Shown here one piece after another: positions 52,235-62,164 of a stretch of 64,000 nt of DNA. The number at the start of each line of letters is the position of its first letter. Positions within the stretch are counted from its first letter, which is position 1. Both the position numbers and the translations under genes were made by a program. The stretch lies in NCBI GenBank assembly GCA_965215895.1, contig OZ244130.1, positions 416,157 through 480,156 of the forward strand, given 5' to 3'. This DNA comes from Vicinamibacterales bacterium. GTDB lineage: Bacteria; Acidobacteriota; Vicinamibacteria; Vicinamibacterales; UBA8438. Under the pieces are notes generated by a model. That model saw only the letters and a list, made by a program, of their open reading frames with translations. It did no database searches and was not told the DNA's origin.

Positions 52235-53314
52235 ATGATCCATCGCAGTCGTGCAGCGTGGGTGGCGGTGATCGCGATCGGGTGGATGGGGCCGGCGCCT
52301 GCTTCCGCCCAGGATTCGGCCGGGAGCGGGGCCGCGACGGCATCGGCGTGGGCCCTGCCGCGCCTGCCCGACGGCCAGCCTGACCTGCAGGGCTATTGGA
52401 CCACCCAGACCTTCACGCCCCTGGAGCGGCCCGAATACCTGGGCGACAAGGCGTTCTTCACCGAGGAGGAAGCGGTCGCGCTGCAGGCGCAGTTGACGGC
52501 TGAGGGCGTAGACCCGTCGGCGCGCGACGCGGTCGAGATCGCAGATACGGAAGCGAGGGAGCGGCGGCTGTATCAGGTCAACCGCGACCCGTCGTACGTC
52601 CACTACGACAACCAGGTCTGGCTGCGCACGCCAGTGCCGAAGGGGCTGTCGACGCGGCGCACGTCGCTCGTCACGGATCCCGCGAACGGGAGAATTCCGC
52701 CCCTGACGCCGGAGGCGGCGGTACGACTGGCGGCCGAGGCGGAGGCCAGACGGCTTCCCAGCGCGTTCGACAGCCACGAGACGCGGCCCTTTCCCGAGCG
52801 CTGCATCGTCTGGGCGCACGAAGGACCACCGAATCTGCCGCCGGCCTACAACGATATTCATCAGTTCTTCCAGACACCCGACTACGTCGTCCTGTTCACC
52901 GAGCTGAACACCAACCCTCCGCGCATCATCCCCCTCGACGGGCGCCCGCACGTCTCGGAGAAGATCCGGCATTTCGCGGGCGATTCCCGCGGCCGGTGGG
53001 AGGGCGACACGCTGGTTGTCGAGACGACGAACTACAACGCGCGGCGGCGCTTCCGCGGAGCTACGGACGCCATGCACGTGGTGGAGCGCTTCACGCGCGT
53101 CGCCGCGGACCGGATCCGCTACGAGTTCACGGTCGACGATCCGAACACGTGGACCCGCCCGTGGAGCGTGGAGCTCCCGATGATGGCGACCGAGGGGCCG
53201 ATGTACGAGTACGCCTGCCACGAGGGCAACCACGACGTCCGGCACATCCTCGAGATCAATCGGAACCTGGAGAAGCAGGCGGCCGCCGAGGCCGCGGAGC
53301 AGACATCGAGGTAG
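52235..53314 (+). CDS. secreted conserved hypothetical protein ('YEYACHEGN' family; paralog of 9839..10972)
   Basis: ATG at 52235 follows AGGGAGA, and a signal peptide is present. It shares the paralog's blocks: PDGQPDLQGYWTTQTFTPLERPEYLGDKAFFTEEEA, RIIPLDGRPH, GRWEGDTLVVETT and YEYACHEGNHD. Confidence 0.7.
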   Translation: MIHRSRAAWVAVIAIGWMGPAPASAQDSAGSGAATASAWALPRLPDGQPDLQGYWTTQTFTPLERPEYLGDKAFFTEEEAVALQAQLTAEGVDPSARDAVEIADTEARERRLYQVNRDPSYVHYDNQVWLRTPVPKGLSTRRTSLVTDPANGRIPPLTPEAAVRLAAEAEARRLPSAFDSHETRPFPERCIVWAHEGPPNLPPAYNDIHQFFQTPDYVVLFTELNTNPPRIIPLDGRPHVSEKIRHFAGDSRGRWEGDTLVVETTNYNARRRFRGATDAMHVVERFTRVAADRIRYEFTVDDPNTWTRPWSVELPMMATEGPMYEYACHEGNHDVRHILEINRNLEKQAAAEAAEQTSR

Positions 53315-53415
53315 GAGAGTCTGCGCCGTGGAACGGCGCCGCCTCCTGATCAGGAGTCGCTGCCTCCCGCGGGAGGCGCCGTGAGGCGGCGATGTCCGGG
53401 CCAGGGACGGCAAGG

Positions 53416-53901
53416 ATGACGATTCGGACGATACTCACGGCAGGACTGCTGGTCGCCGCCTCAGGATTGCCGCTCTCGGGCGCCGGCGAGCAGCAGGCGG
53501 CCACCCGCACCCGCAGACCGAAGCCGCAGGTCGAATTCGTCCAGACCGTCGGGTGCGTCGAGCGCCGGACCCGCGAGGACACCACCTGGTGGCTGACCCG
53601 CGCCGCAGAGCCGACGGTCACGCGGCAGGGCGTCTTCAACGAGGTGCAGGTCGAAGAGGCGAGGCAGACCGCCCCCGGCGCCGGCGAGTTCCGTCTCATC
53701 GGCGTCGCCGACTTTCTCACCGCCGAGGGTCTGCTGAACTTCGGCGACCGGGCCCTGTTCACCGAGCCCGATCAGATCAACGCCAGCGGCGAGCTGCGGG
53801 CGGGCCGCACCGTGCTCGTCAAGGGGCTCCTGATCGAGACGGACGGCGAGTCGCGCATCAACCTCATGTCGGTGGTCGGTCTCGCCGACACCTGCGACTG
53901 A
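53416..53901 (+). CDS. small secreted hypothetical protein
   Basis: Signal peptide MTIRTILTAGLLVAASGLPLSGAG. Two Cys residues lie near the ends of the mature protein. An alternative start is ATG 53392. Confidence 0.55.
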   Translation: MTIRTILTAGLLVAASGLPLSGAGEQQAATRTRRPKPQVEFVQTVGCVERRTREDTTWWLTRAAEPTVTRQGVFNEVQVEEARQTAPGAGEFRLIGVADFLTAEGLLNFGDRALFTEPDQINASGELRAGRTVLVKGLLIETDGESRINLMSVVGLADTCD

Positions 53902-54148
53902 CCCGGTCGCGCGCGGCCGGCCTGTTCGCCGCCGTCGACCGGCGTTCGCCCGGCCGTCGATCAGGCGCTGGGCGACCGCGCAGCCCCTCCCCGAGCGACG
54001 GCCGCCCGTTCGCCAGGAACGTCCCGAACGCGCCTACCGCGGCCTGCAGGAGGATGAGCGGCTGGCGCTCGCGCGGCCGCTGCGCAAGCTGCTCGCATCG
54101 CTATCGGTCGATGACGGCAGGCTGTATCATTGGGGCTGGAGGTGAGTG

Positions 54149-56155
54149 ATGCAGTTCCGACGCCATTTGTTGACGGCCGTAGTCGGGATCGGGCTGAGCG
54201 GGTGTCAGGGCGCCGGCGCGCAACAGGAATCCGCGTCGCCGGCGCTCGCGCATTCGCGCGTCACCCGGCTCGACATCACCAGCCGTGAGACGGCGTTCGG
54301 CGGCCGGTCGTTCGACGCCGTGGGCCCGTACGAGATTCTGCTCGGCACGGCCACGGCCGTCGCCGATCCGGGCGCCCCCCTCGACGCCGGAATCGTGGAT
54401 CTCGAGAACGCCCCGCGCAATGCGGACGGGCTGGTCGAATACACCTTCGAGGTCGACATTCTCAAGCCGGTCGACATCACCAGGGGCAACGATGTCCTGG
54501 TGTACGAGATCAACAACCGCGGCCGCAACATCGTCTTGGGCTACTTCCACGAGGCGGGACAGGGTTACGCGGCCGAGAACGCCGGCAACGCATTCCTCGT
54601 GAACCAGGGCTACACGTACGTATCGAGCGGCTGGTTGCACGGCGCGCCGGGCACCGGCAACCCGCGTCCGGTGCTGGCGACTCTGCCGTTCGCCATGGAC
54701 AACGGCCGGACGATTACCGGCACCTCGATGGAGGAGTGGCAGAACCCGGACAGCGCCGCGTTCGGGCGGCTGACGTATCCGGCGGTGACGCTCGAGAAGA
54801 CCGCCGCGACGCTCACGCATCGCCAGCTGCAGAACGATCCGCGCCAGACCGTTCCGGCCGACCAGTGGTACTACGTCGACGAGATGACCGTCGCTGTCAC
54901 GCCCCCCGCGGGAACCGACGCGGGGACCATCTACGAGTTCGTGTATGAGGCCCGGAATCCAATCGTTCACGGCCTGGGCTTCAGCGCCATGCGCGATCTC
55001 GTGTCGTTCGCGCGCTACAGCCCCGCGGACGATCAGGGCGCCCCCAACCCGCTCTTCGTGGACGGCATGCCGGTGCTCGACCACGCGGTGGCCGTCGGTT
55101 CCTCGCAGAGCGGCCGGATGGCCAGGGACTTCGTCTACCAGGGCTTCAACGAGGATCCGGAGGGGCGGCGCGTCTTCGACGGCATGACGCCGTATGTCGC
55201 CGGCGCCCGCCGCACGTTCGTCAACGCCCGTTTCGCGCAGACGGGCCGCTACACGCGCCAGCACGAAGACCACAACTACCCGATGGACGAGTTCCCGTTC
55301 ACGTTCGCGACGACGACCGATCCGCTGACGGGCAGGACCGACGGGTTGCTGGCCGCCTGCACGGCCTCGGGCACCTGCCCCAACATCATCCAGGTGGACG
55401 CCGAATCCGAGTACTACGGCGCCCACGCTTCGCTCATCGTCACCGACACGAGCGGCCAGGCGCTGGAGCTGCCGCCGAGCGTGCGCTACTGGATGCTCGC
55501 GACCGCACATTCGCAGGGCGGCGCCGGGTGCCGCGACCCGGGCAATCCGGTGCAGCCGTGGCCGTACTACCGGGCGGCGTTCGACGCGATGGTGCAGTGG
55601 GTGCGGAACGGCGTCGAGCCGCCGGCGACGCGCGCGCCGTCCGTCGCCGACGGGACGGCGGTGACGGTCGAAAGGCAGGGCGAGCAGTATCCGACCATCC
55701 AGGACCGTCCGTACAACCCCACGATCAGCGAGCTCGGCGTGCGTGACTTCTCCGTCTGGCCGCCGAGGGAGAGCGAGGAGCGGTACCCGCTGTTCGTGCC
55801 GAACCTGGACGCCGACGGCAATCTCGTGACGGGCGTGATGGTGCCCGAGGTCGCGGCCCCGCTCGCCACAATGGGCAAGGCCATTCGCGCGGCAGGCTTC
55901 GCCGAAGGCGACCTGTGCGGCGTGAACGGCTCCACGATTCCGTTTCCGCGGACGAAGGATGAGCGGATGGAGCTGGGCGATTCGCGACTCTCCCTGGAAG
56001 AGCGCTATCCCGGCGGCGAGGCGGAGTACGTGAAGCGCTACGGCGAAGCGGCGGACGCGCTGGTCGCCGAGCGGTATCTGCTGCCCGCCGACGCCGAGAC
56101 GCTCAAGAGGTCCGCCGCCGCCGCGTGGAGCGCGGCCATCGCTGCACCGGAATGA
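54149..56155 (+). CDS. lipoprotein with alpha/beta-hydrolase-like domain (function unknown)
   Basis: GGAGGTGA lies before ATG 54149. Lipobox GIGLSGC. The sequence AVGSSQSGRMARDF resembles a GxSxG-type elbow. The tail DSRLSLEERYPGGEAEYVKRY recalls 'alpha/beta hydrolase domain' family proteins. 668 aa. Confidence 0.65.
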   Translation: MQFRRHLLTAVVGIGLSGCQGAGAQQESASPALAHSRVTRLDITSRETAFGGRSFDAVGPYEILLGTATAVADPGAPLDAGIVDLENAPRNADGLVEYTFEVDILKPVDITRGNDVLVYEINNRGRNIVLGYFHEAGQGYAAENAGNAFLVNQGYTYVSSGWLHGAPGTGNPRPVLATLPFAMDNGRTITGTSMEEWQNPDSAAFGRLTYPAVTLEKTAATLTHRQLQNDPRQTVPADQWYYVDEMTVAVTPPAGTDAGTIYEFVYEARNPIVHGLGFSAMRDLVSFARYSPADDQGAPNPLFVDGMPVLDHAVAVGSSQSGRMARDFVYQGFNEDPEGRRVFDGMTPYVAGARRTFVNARFAQTGRYTRQHEDHNYPMDEFPFTFATTTDPLTGRTDGLLAACTASGTCPNIIQVDAESEYYGAHASLIVTDTSGQALELPPSVRYWMLATAHSQGGAGCRDPGNPVQPWPYYRAAFDAMVQWVRNGVEPPATRAPSVADGTAVTVERQGEQYPTIQDRPYNPTISELGVRDFSVWPPRESEERYPLFVPNLDADGNLVTGVMVPEVAAPLATMGKAIRAAGFAEGDLCGVNGSTIPFPRTKDERMELGDSRLSLEERYPGGEAEYVKRYGEAADALVAERYLLPADAETLKRSAAAAWSAAIAAPE

Positions 56156-56781
56156 GGACGCGCAGTAGCGCACGTTTGTTGGCGCTGGCGCTCGAGCTGG
56201 CCGGTCGTGGGGCGTGCCTCCGGCTAGTCGGGCAGCGTGAGTTGAACAATGCTAGCAACACGTTAGTTACTGTCTGTTATCGGCCCATGCTCCCCTCGAC
56301 GTTTCCCACATTACAAACGGGACTCCACTGCACGATCAGAGCCATCTACGGACCGCTCCGCATCACAACTTGCTCACCGCCCGCCGCCGTTTAGCGCCAG
56401 CAACTCGCGGAGGTGGCGGCAACGTAGCGGTCCAGCAGCGAAGAAGTCGACGCCTCGACCATCTCGGACCGTGAGCGACGACCTACTCGATGGTTACCAC
56501 GGACTCGATTTCGACGTGTCGACGTGGTCCGGCATCTTGTAGCTCAGCCCCTCGCCGTCGAACACCGATATCTGGAGAAGCTGGGTGAAATTGTCCGATC
56601 TGAGCATCTTGTTGGTCCGCACCAATCGCAGAACGCGCTGTTTGCATCCGATACTTTGAACAGGGTCGCAAATTTGGGGGGGATGTCCCGGAGGCTGTTG
56701 AACTGAGGTGAAGCGGGTGGCGACTCCTCGCCCCTGGTCTGTGGTAGGACAGGGGTGCAAACAACAGGAGGAGAGCCACCC

Positions 56782-56933
56782 ATGGCGAAGCATGACAGGC
56801 GGAAGCCTTCCAGCCAACCCCCGAGCTCACGAACGGTCACGATTCAGGTGCCGCTGCCGGTGCTCGGCGTTCTGAACGGTGTCCGGGAAGTGTTCCATGG
56901 CTTGTGCATCAAGACCGGGATGCAGGTCCTGGA
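56782..56933 (+). pseudogene. transposase N-terminal fragment (possibly IS256/IS1249-like), truncated at the 117-bp repeat boundary
   Basis: AGGAGG RBS, then MAKHDRRKPSSQPPSSRTVTIQVPLPVLGVLNGVREVFHGLCIKTGMQVLE, which resembles the opening of some mutator-type transposases. Coding sense ends exactly where the IS-end repeat begins (56934). Confidence 0.35.
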
Positions 56934-57050
56934 GTGCAGTCAACTCCGCCTCAGGCATGGTCGGAGTCCTCCTACCCCGAGGAATCGGCCGGTCAGCGCT
57001 CGCTCAATACCCCCGTACGGCAAGAGCCTCACTTTCTTGTCGTGCACCCC
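56934..57050 (-). mobile_element. solo 117-bp copy of the ISKra4-like element's left end (terminus + RBS + first 8 codons)
   Basis: 115/117 identical to 62023-62139, in the same orientation. It contains GGAGGACTCCGACCATGCCTGAGGCG(G/C)AGTTGACTGCAC on the minus strand. Confidence 0.7.
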
Positions 57051-57088
57051 CATCCCGTCGAAAGAAGCCGGGCGCGCCCGCCGCAACC

Positions 57089-57124
57089 AAAAAAAGAGCC
57101 GGACGCCCCGATGGCGCCCGGCTC
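57089..57124 (-). terminator. rho-independent terminator of the TBDR gene
   Basis: The minus strand reads GAGCCGGGCGCC-AUCGG-GGCGUCCGGCUC followed by U7. This is a 12-bp stem with one G-U pair. It lies 32 nt after the stop at 57156. Confidence 0.75.
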
Positions 57125-57155
57125 CCGTCGAAGCCTACCCGAACGTCAGCCCCGG

Positions 57156-60100
57156 CTAGAAGGCGTAGCGGATACCGAAGTTCGCCTGACGCGGGAACCC
57201 GCCGCCCCGTAGCGACGTGTAGTTCAAGAAGGAACCGCTGTTCTGGTTCCCGTTGGCCGGGTTCCAGTTCGTGCGGTTGGTCAGGTTGATAACGTCGAAG
57301 TAGATGTCCACCGTCTGCGTCACGCGCGGGCGCAAGCGATAGCCGAACCGGAGGTCCAGCTGGATGTAGTCGGCCGAGCGCGCCGCAGCCTGGCACCCAA
57401 CCGCGTGGATCAGCTCGCAGGCGCCCCCGGTCTGCTCCGCCGTGATGGGGTTCGCCCCGGTGCCGGTGTACATCCCGGGCGGCAGCGGATCCCAGAGCGA
57501 GCCGTTGCGGTTGATGTCGATCGTGCTGTTGTAGATCGTGAACGGCAGCTCGGTCATGTAGCGGAAGATGGCGCTGGCCGTGATCCCACCCGGGAATTCG
57601 GTGTTCCCGCTGAGCGTCAGGATGTGCCGCCGGTCAGTTTCCGCGTTCTGCCAGTTCTCGGCCAGGTTGAGCTCGCCGAGTACCTGGCTCTGGACGCCGT
57701 TGAGGCTCGGCCCGTTGGTGCCATACTGCTCGAACGAGTTCCCGTGAGAGTGCCCCAGCGCATACGACAGGCGCGCGCCCCAGTTGTTGGAGTAGCGCTT
57801 CTCCACGGCGAGGTTCAGCGCGTCGTATTCGGACTGTCCGACGCTCTCGATCGACAGCACCCGGTTGATGAACGTCCCGGCGAGCGGGAACCCCGTGCGC
57901 GGATCGATAGCACCCCCGGGATAGAACACCGTATCCGTCCGGTCCTCGACCCGCTGCCCCCCGAAGGCGCCTCCCACGTCGTAGTAGGTCAGCGTGTCGG
58001 ACTGGCTCGTCCCATCCAGCCGAATCGGCGCGACGTAGTTGATCCGGTTGAGCAGGTCGCGGCCCCGCATCCTGATGTAGTCGGCCGAGACCGACAGGGT
58101 CGGCAACAGCTCGCGCTCGTAGCCCACCGTGAACTGGTGGAACCAGGGCTGGTTCCGCCGCTCGTTGTCGAGGTAGACACGCGCCTGGTTCAACTGCTCG
58201 GCCTCCGAGAAATTGGCGGCGACCCAGTCATGGTTCACGAGCACGCACCCGTTGGTGGGGTTGCCGGTGGCCGGAGGGCACTGGGAGAACAGCGGGTCGC
58301 CCGGCGCCACGACGATGGTCGCCGCCAGGAGTTCCGGATCGGTCGCCGGCAGCCCGAGCCGTGGGTTGGGGTCCCGGTTGAAATTCCGCGGGAAGGTGAC
58401 ATCGAACGACGTCTGGGTGGCCGGGTCCTGCAGGACGTTGTCGAGCCCGCTCAGGAGCGTCCGGTCGTAGAAGCGGCCATAGCCGACTCGCATGACCGAC
58501 CGGCCGTCGCCCTCCACGTCGTAGGCGACCGACAGGCGGGGCGAGAAGTTGTCCCAGTCCCGCGGATCCTCGCCCGGCGGCATCAGCGGATTGCTCGTCA
58601 GCTGCCCACGCAGCCGCTCAGCGTCATACCGGACGCCGAGCCCCAGGGTCCAGCGGTCGTTGAGCGTCCACTTGTCCTGGAAGTACAGCTCGAGGCTGTC
58701 ACCGGGGTACGAGAAGAACCGCCCGTTCGGGTCGCCGACCCGAATCCGGAGCCGATCCGGGTAGGTGAAGGGGTTGTCGATGTCGAAGGGAAGGGTTTCG
58801 CTCGCCATCCGGAACTGCCCGCCGAGGTGGTTCTCGCTGAAGTCTGAGATGGCGTTCATGTTCCAGCTGCCGCCGAACTTGACGTCGTGGTCGCCCATCT
58901 TGTCGGGGACGAACCAGGACGTCGTGTTGGTGAACTGCCACTGGAAGTCGTCGCGGCCGCCCGAGGTGGTGTCGATGTTGTCCTGATAGCTGCTGGTGTA
59001 ATACCCCGGCGGCAGGTCGCGCATCACGCCGGTGCGGAGGGTCGGGCCGCCCGCAGCGACCCACTGGGAGGCCCCGCCGGCGAACCGCTCCTCGCTCCGC
59101 ATGGTCCGGATCGTGTTGACCACGTTGTTGCCGAGGACGCTGGTGGCGCTCCCGACGATCATCCATTCGTCGTCGTCGTTTTCCGAGGTCGCGTTGATCG
59201 TCCGCAGGGTCGACGCAAAGGTGTTGAGCTCCGGGCTCAGCTCGCGCAGGTGCCGGACGGCGAACGAGTGGTTGCCGCTCACCTGGTGGTCATACCGCAG
59301 CATGTAATTCCAGGCCTGCCAGTCCTCGCTCGACGTGCGGTTCAAGTCGGTTCGGCTGTTGAAGATGCGCGTCCGGCCCGGTTTCGTGAGCCGCCGCTCC
59401 AGGCTGGTGAAAAAGTGGGCCGTGTTGCGGATGACCGGGCCGCCCAGCACACCGCCGAACTCGTACTTGCTGTTGTCGGGCTTCTCATTGCCCGCCTGCT
59501 CGGTGAGGAAGTCCCTCGCCGTCATCGCCGTGGACGTGCTGTAGCTGAAGGCGACGCCGCTGAACTGGTTGGTGCCCCGCTTCGTCACCGCGTTGATGAT
59601 CGCGCCGCTCGCCCGACCGAACTCCGCGTCGAACTGGTTGGTGATGACCTGGAACTCCGCGACCGACTCGATCGCCACCTTCACCTGACTGCCGCCCGCG
59701 CCCGCACTGGTGGAGTCGGCGTTGTTCGCGCCGTCGGTGTTCAATGTGCTCGCCGCCCCGGTCTGCCCGTTGGCGATGATCGAGTCGTTCCCCTGCGACG
59801 CCGACGGATTGAACTGAAGGCCCGGCAGCGTCGCGATCGCGGCAAACGCGGACCGGTTCACCAGAGGCAGATCCAGCAGCTCGTCCGCCTGGACCGTGCC
59901 CCCCACCTCGGCGGAGGTCAGGTCGACCAGCGGCGTCTGACCCGAGACCGTGATGGTCTCCTCGATACCGCCGACGGTCAGGACGATGTCGAGGTCGGTC
60001 GTCTGGCCGACGGTCAGCACGTAGTTGGTCCGCTCGGAGGTCGAGAAGCCCGGCAGGGACGCGGTGACTGTGAAGGTGCCGGGCAACAGCTGCGCCGCGA

Positions 60101-60308
60101 AGTAAGTGCCGTCACCTGAGCTGATGATTTCGCGGAACGTGCCGTCGTCCTGGTTCGTGATGAGAACGGTGACGCCCGGAAGGACACCACCCTGTTCATC
60201 GGTCACGCGACCGCGAAGCTCGGTTCGACCCACCTGAGCGAGGGCGAACGTAGCCGTCACTCCGAGCACCAGTGCGACGGTGATTAGCAACGCCGTGAGT
60301 CTCCGCAT
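57156..60308 (-). CDS. CarboxypepD_reg-like domain + TonB-dependent receptor-like outer membrane protein
   Basis: GAAGGAGG lies 5 nt before ATG 60308, and a signal peptide is present. The N-terminal segment GRVTDEQGGVLPGVTVLITNQDDGTFREIISSGDGTYFAAQLLPGTFTV has the carboxypeptidase-regulatory fold. A plug-like region follows. The long beta-barrel body ends ..FGIRYAF. Confidence 0.85.
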   Translation of the reverse strand: MRRLTALLITVALVLGVTATFALAQVGRTELRGRVTDEQGGVLPGVTVLITNQDDGTFREIISSGDGTYFAAQLLPGTFTVTASLPGFSTSERTNYVLTVGQTTDLDIVLTVGGIEETITVSGQTPLVDLTSAEVGGTVQADELLDLPLVNRSAFAAIATLPGLQFNPSASQGNDSIIANGQTGAASTLNTDGANNADSTSAGAGGSQVKVAIESVAEFQVITNQFDAEFGRASGAIINAVTKRGTNQFSGVAFSYSTSTAMTARDFLTEQAGNEKPDNSKYEFGGVLGGPVIRNTAHFFTSLERRLTKPGRTRIFNSRTDLNRTSSEDWQAWNYMLRYDHQVSGNHSFAVRHLRELSPELNTFASTLRTINATSENDDDEWMIVGSATSVLGNNVVNTIRTMRSEERFAGGASQWVAAGGPTLRTGVMRDLPPGYYTSSYQDNIDTTSGGRDDFQWQFTNTTSWFVPDKMGDHDVKFGGSWNMNAISDFSENHLGGQFRMASETLPFDIDNPFTYPDRLRIRVGDPNGRFFSYPGDSLELYFQDKWTLNDRWTLGLGVRYDAERLRGQLTSNPLMPPGEDPRDWDNFSPRLSVAYDVEGDGRSVMRVGYGRFYDRTLLSGLDNVLQDPATQTSFDVTFPRNFNRDPNPRLGLPATDPELLAATIVVAPGDPLFSQCPPATGNPTNGCVLVNHDWVAANFSEAEQLNQARVYLDNERRNQPWFHQFTVGYERELLPTLSVSADYIRMRGRDLLNRINYVAPIRLDGTSQSDTLTYYDVGGAFGGQRVEDRTDTVFYPGGAIDPRTGFPLAGTFINRVLSIESVGQSEYDALNLAVEKRYSNNWGARLSYALGHSHGNSFEQYGTNGPSLNGVQSQVLGELNLAENWQNAETDRRHILTLSGNTEFPGGITASAIFRYMTELPFTIYNSTIDINRNGSLWDPLPPGMYTGTGANPITAEQTGGACELIHAVGCQAAARSADYIQLDLRFGYRLRPRVTQTVDIYFDVINLTNRTNWNPANGNQNSGSFLNYTSLRGGGFPRQANFGIRYAF

Positions 60309-60429
60309 GCTTGCCTCCTTCAATGGGTCGACGACGCACGGACAAAGAACCGGTCTCGCGCACACGCTCGCACGCGAGTCGGCCACGGCGATCGGAGCTC
60401 GCACACCTCGTCCTCTGGCACAAATCGGT

Positions 60430-62139
60430 CAGCCCGGCGACTCGCCCGTGCTTTCCGGCTCCAACACCTCCTTGTTGACGCAAGAATCACGAAAGTCCAC
60501 CCTAGCGCAGAGGCGCGGCATTTGCAAGGTCGTTCCCAGTCCTTGAAGCGGCCGAGGATGCAGCAGCGCAGGGCGATGATGGCGTTGGCGCCGGCGACGG
60601 TCCAGCGCATGCCGGTGCGCTTGAGCCGTGCGCCGATCTGCTTGCAGCCGGCCTCGACGACGCCCGACGAGATGCACAGGCCCTTGGCCCGGAACTTCGG
60701 TTAGCGCATGCGGTGTCGGTTCCCGAACACATAGTGAATGCACTTTCGCGCCTCGGGCGTGGTCTCGACATGGATGCGCAGCGCCGCGACGAGGGCGCGG
60801 AGCCGGCCGGCGTCCAACTCGGCACGCCGGTCCTTGGCCCACTGGTCGGCCAGGTCCGTCCCGGGGCCGTATGAGGGCCTTGGCCACGTCGCACAGATGC
60901 TGCTTGGCATGGTAGACGTCGACGATTTCGATGGCGCCTGGAAACTGCTCGGCGGCGACGTTCCAAATCCATGGAGCGCCGTCGCCGATGACGACCTGAC
61001 GGTCCGCGGTGTCGAAGCCGCGCCGTTGCGCCTCGCGATGGACACGTTGTGCGAAGGCGGCCGGCTGCGGGTCGGTGTCGCGGCTGGCCGCGCTCTCGAC
61101 CGCGGCGTTGTAGCTGACCGACCCGGGGTCGCGGACAGGCCGGCCTTGCGGGTCGCGCCCTTCGGCCGTCCACACGGTGGCCAGCTTGACCTCGCGAGTC
61201 TTGGCCGAGCCGTCGGGCTGCTTCCCGCGACGCCCTTCGACCTCGGCCGGGCGCACCGGCACGCCCGTGCCGTCCATCCCGAGGTACAGCGTGGGCGCGG
61301 GCGCCGGTGCGGTCTGCTCGGTGACGGCGCGCTCGTCGTCGGCGACTTGGCGGCCGAGTGCCTCGGCACAGCGCTCGACCTGCCGGGTCTCGACTTCTAC
61401 CCCGGCCAGGACCGCCAACAACTCGCTTGTCTTGGCGAAGCTGACCTCGGCCGCCGTCAAACCCACCATGCGCGTGGTGGCCGGTGACAGCGAGGTGGCT
61501 TGCATACCCAGGGTCTGGTCGCGCGGACACACCCCCGTACGGCAGGCGTCGCAGTGGAAGTAGGCCCGTTCCAGCGTCAGCGGCCCGAGCAGCGTGATGA
61601 AGGTCTTCGGGCGGCGGCCTGCGTAGCGCGCCGTCCGGCCGCAGGCGCACGCTCTGGTCGAACCCGAATGGTCGGAATCGTCCGCGTTGAATCGCTGCGC
61701 CATTGCCTGCGCGGCGATTCCGAGGACTTGGTGACGGACTGCCTGCTCAACAGCCTCGAAGTCCTGCGCGTCGGCCCTCCTCGGCCCGATGAGCGCATCG
61801 ACTTCAGCCTCGATCGCGGCTACGAACGCTGCGCCCCAACCGCCTGGACGACCCGGGTCGCCGTGGCGAGCGCTCGACGGTGAACTGTCTGCAAGAGGGT
61901 CTCAAAGTCCTGCGCATTCACGCTTCCTCGTCGGATGAACGCGTCGACGTCGGCCTCGACCGCCGCCTCCAACGCTGCGAACGTCTCCTTGACGCCCCCT
62001 TTTTCGGCCGCGTGATCGAGCGGTGCAGTCAACTGCGCCTCAGGCATGGTCGGAGTCCTCCTACCCCGAGGAATCGGCCGGTCAGCGCTCGCTCAATACC
62101 CCCGTACGGCAAAAGCCTCACTTTCTTGTCGTGCACCCC
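60430..62139 (-). mobile_element. degraded ISKra4-family-like insertion sequence (right boundary uncertain)
   Basis: It contains the transposase pseudogene below. The outer (left) end is defined at 62139 by the end of identity with the 56934-57050 copy. No clean terminal inverted repeat was found at the 60.3-60.5 kb end. Confidence 0.7.
60530..62047 (-). pseudogene. ISKra4-like transposase, inactivated (frameshift near 60870, in-frame TAA at 60701-60703, duplicated N-terminal segment)
   Basis: Family-typical blocks are present: TLERAYFHCDACRTGVCPRDQTLG, LYLGMDGTGVP, VVIGDGAPWIWN, VDVYHAKQHL, NRHRMR*PKFRAKGLCISSGVVEAGCK and RTGMRWTVAGANAIIALRCCILGRF. They are spread over three ORF-track pieces. 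Confidence 0.75.
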
Positions 62140-62164
62140 TCCGGGGAACCGGGGATGCACGAAC

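Noticed and set aside
53960-54115. Short frame reading ..AYRGLQEDERLALARPLRKLLASLSVDDGRL resembling the tail of a MarR-type regulator
   Set aside because: Only ~30 residues of vague helical similarity, with no start codon or wHTH region. This is too weak to call a remnant.
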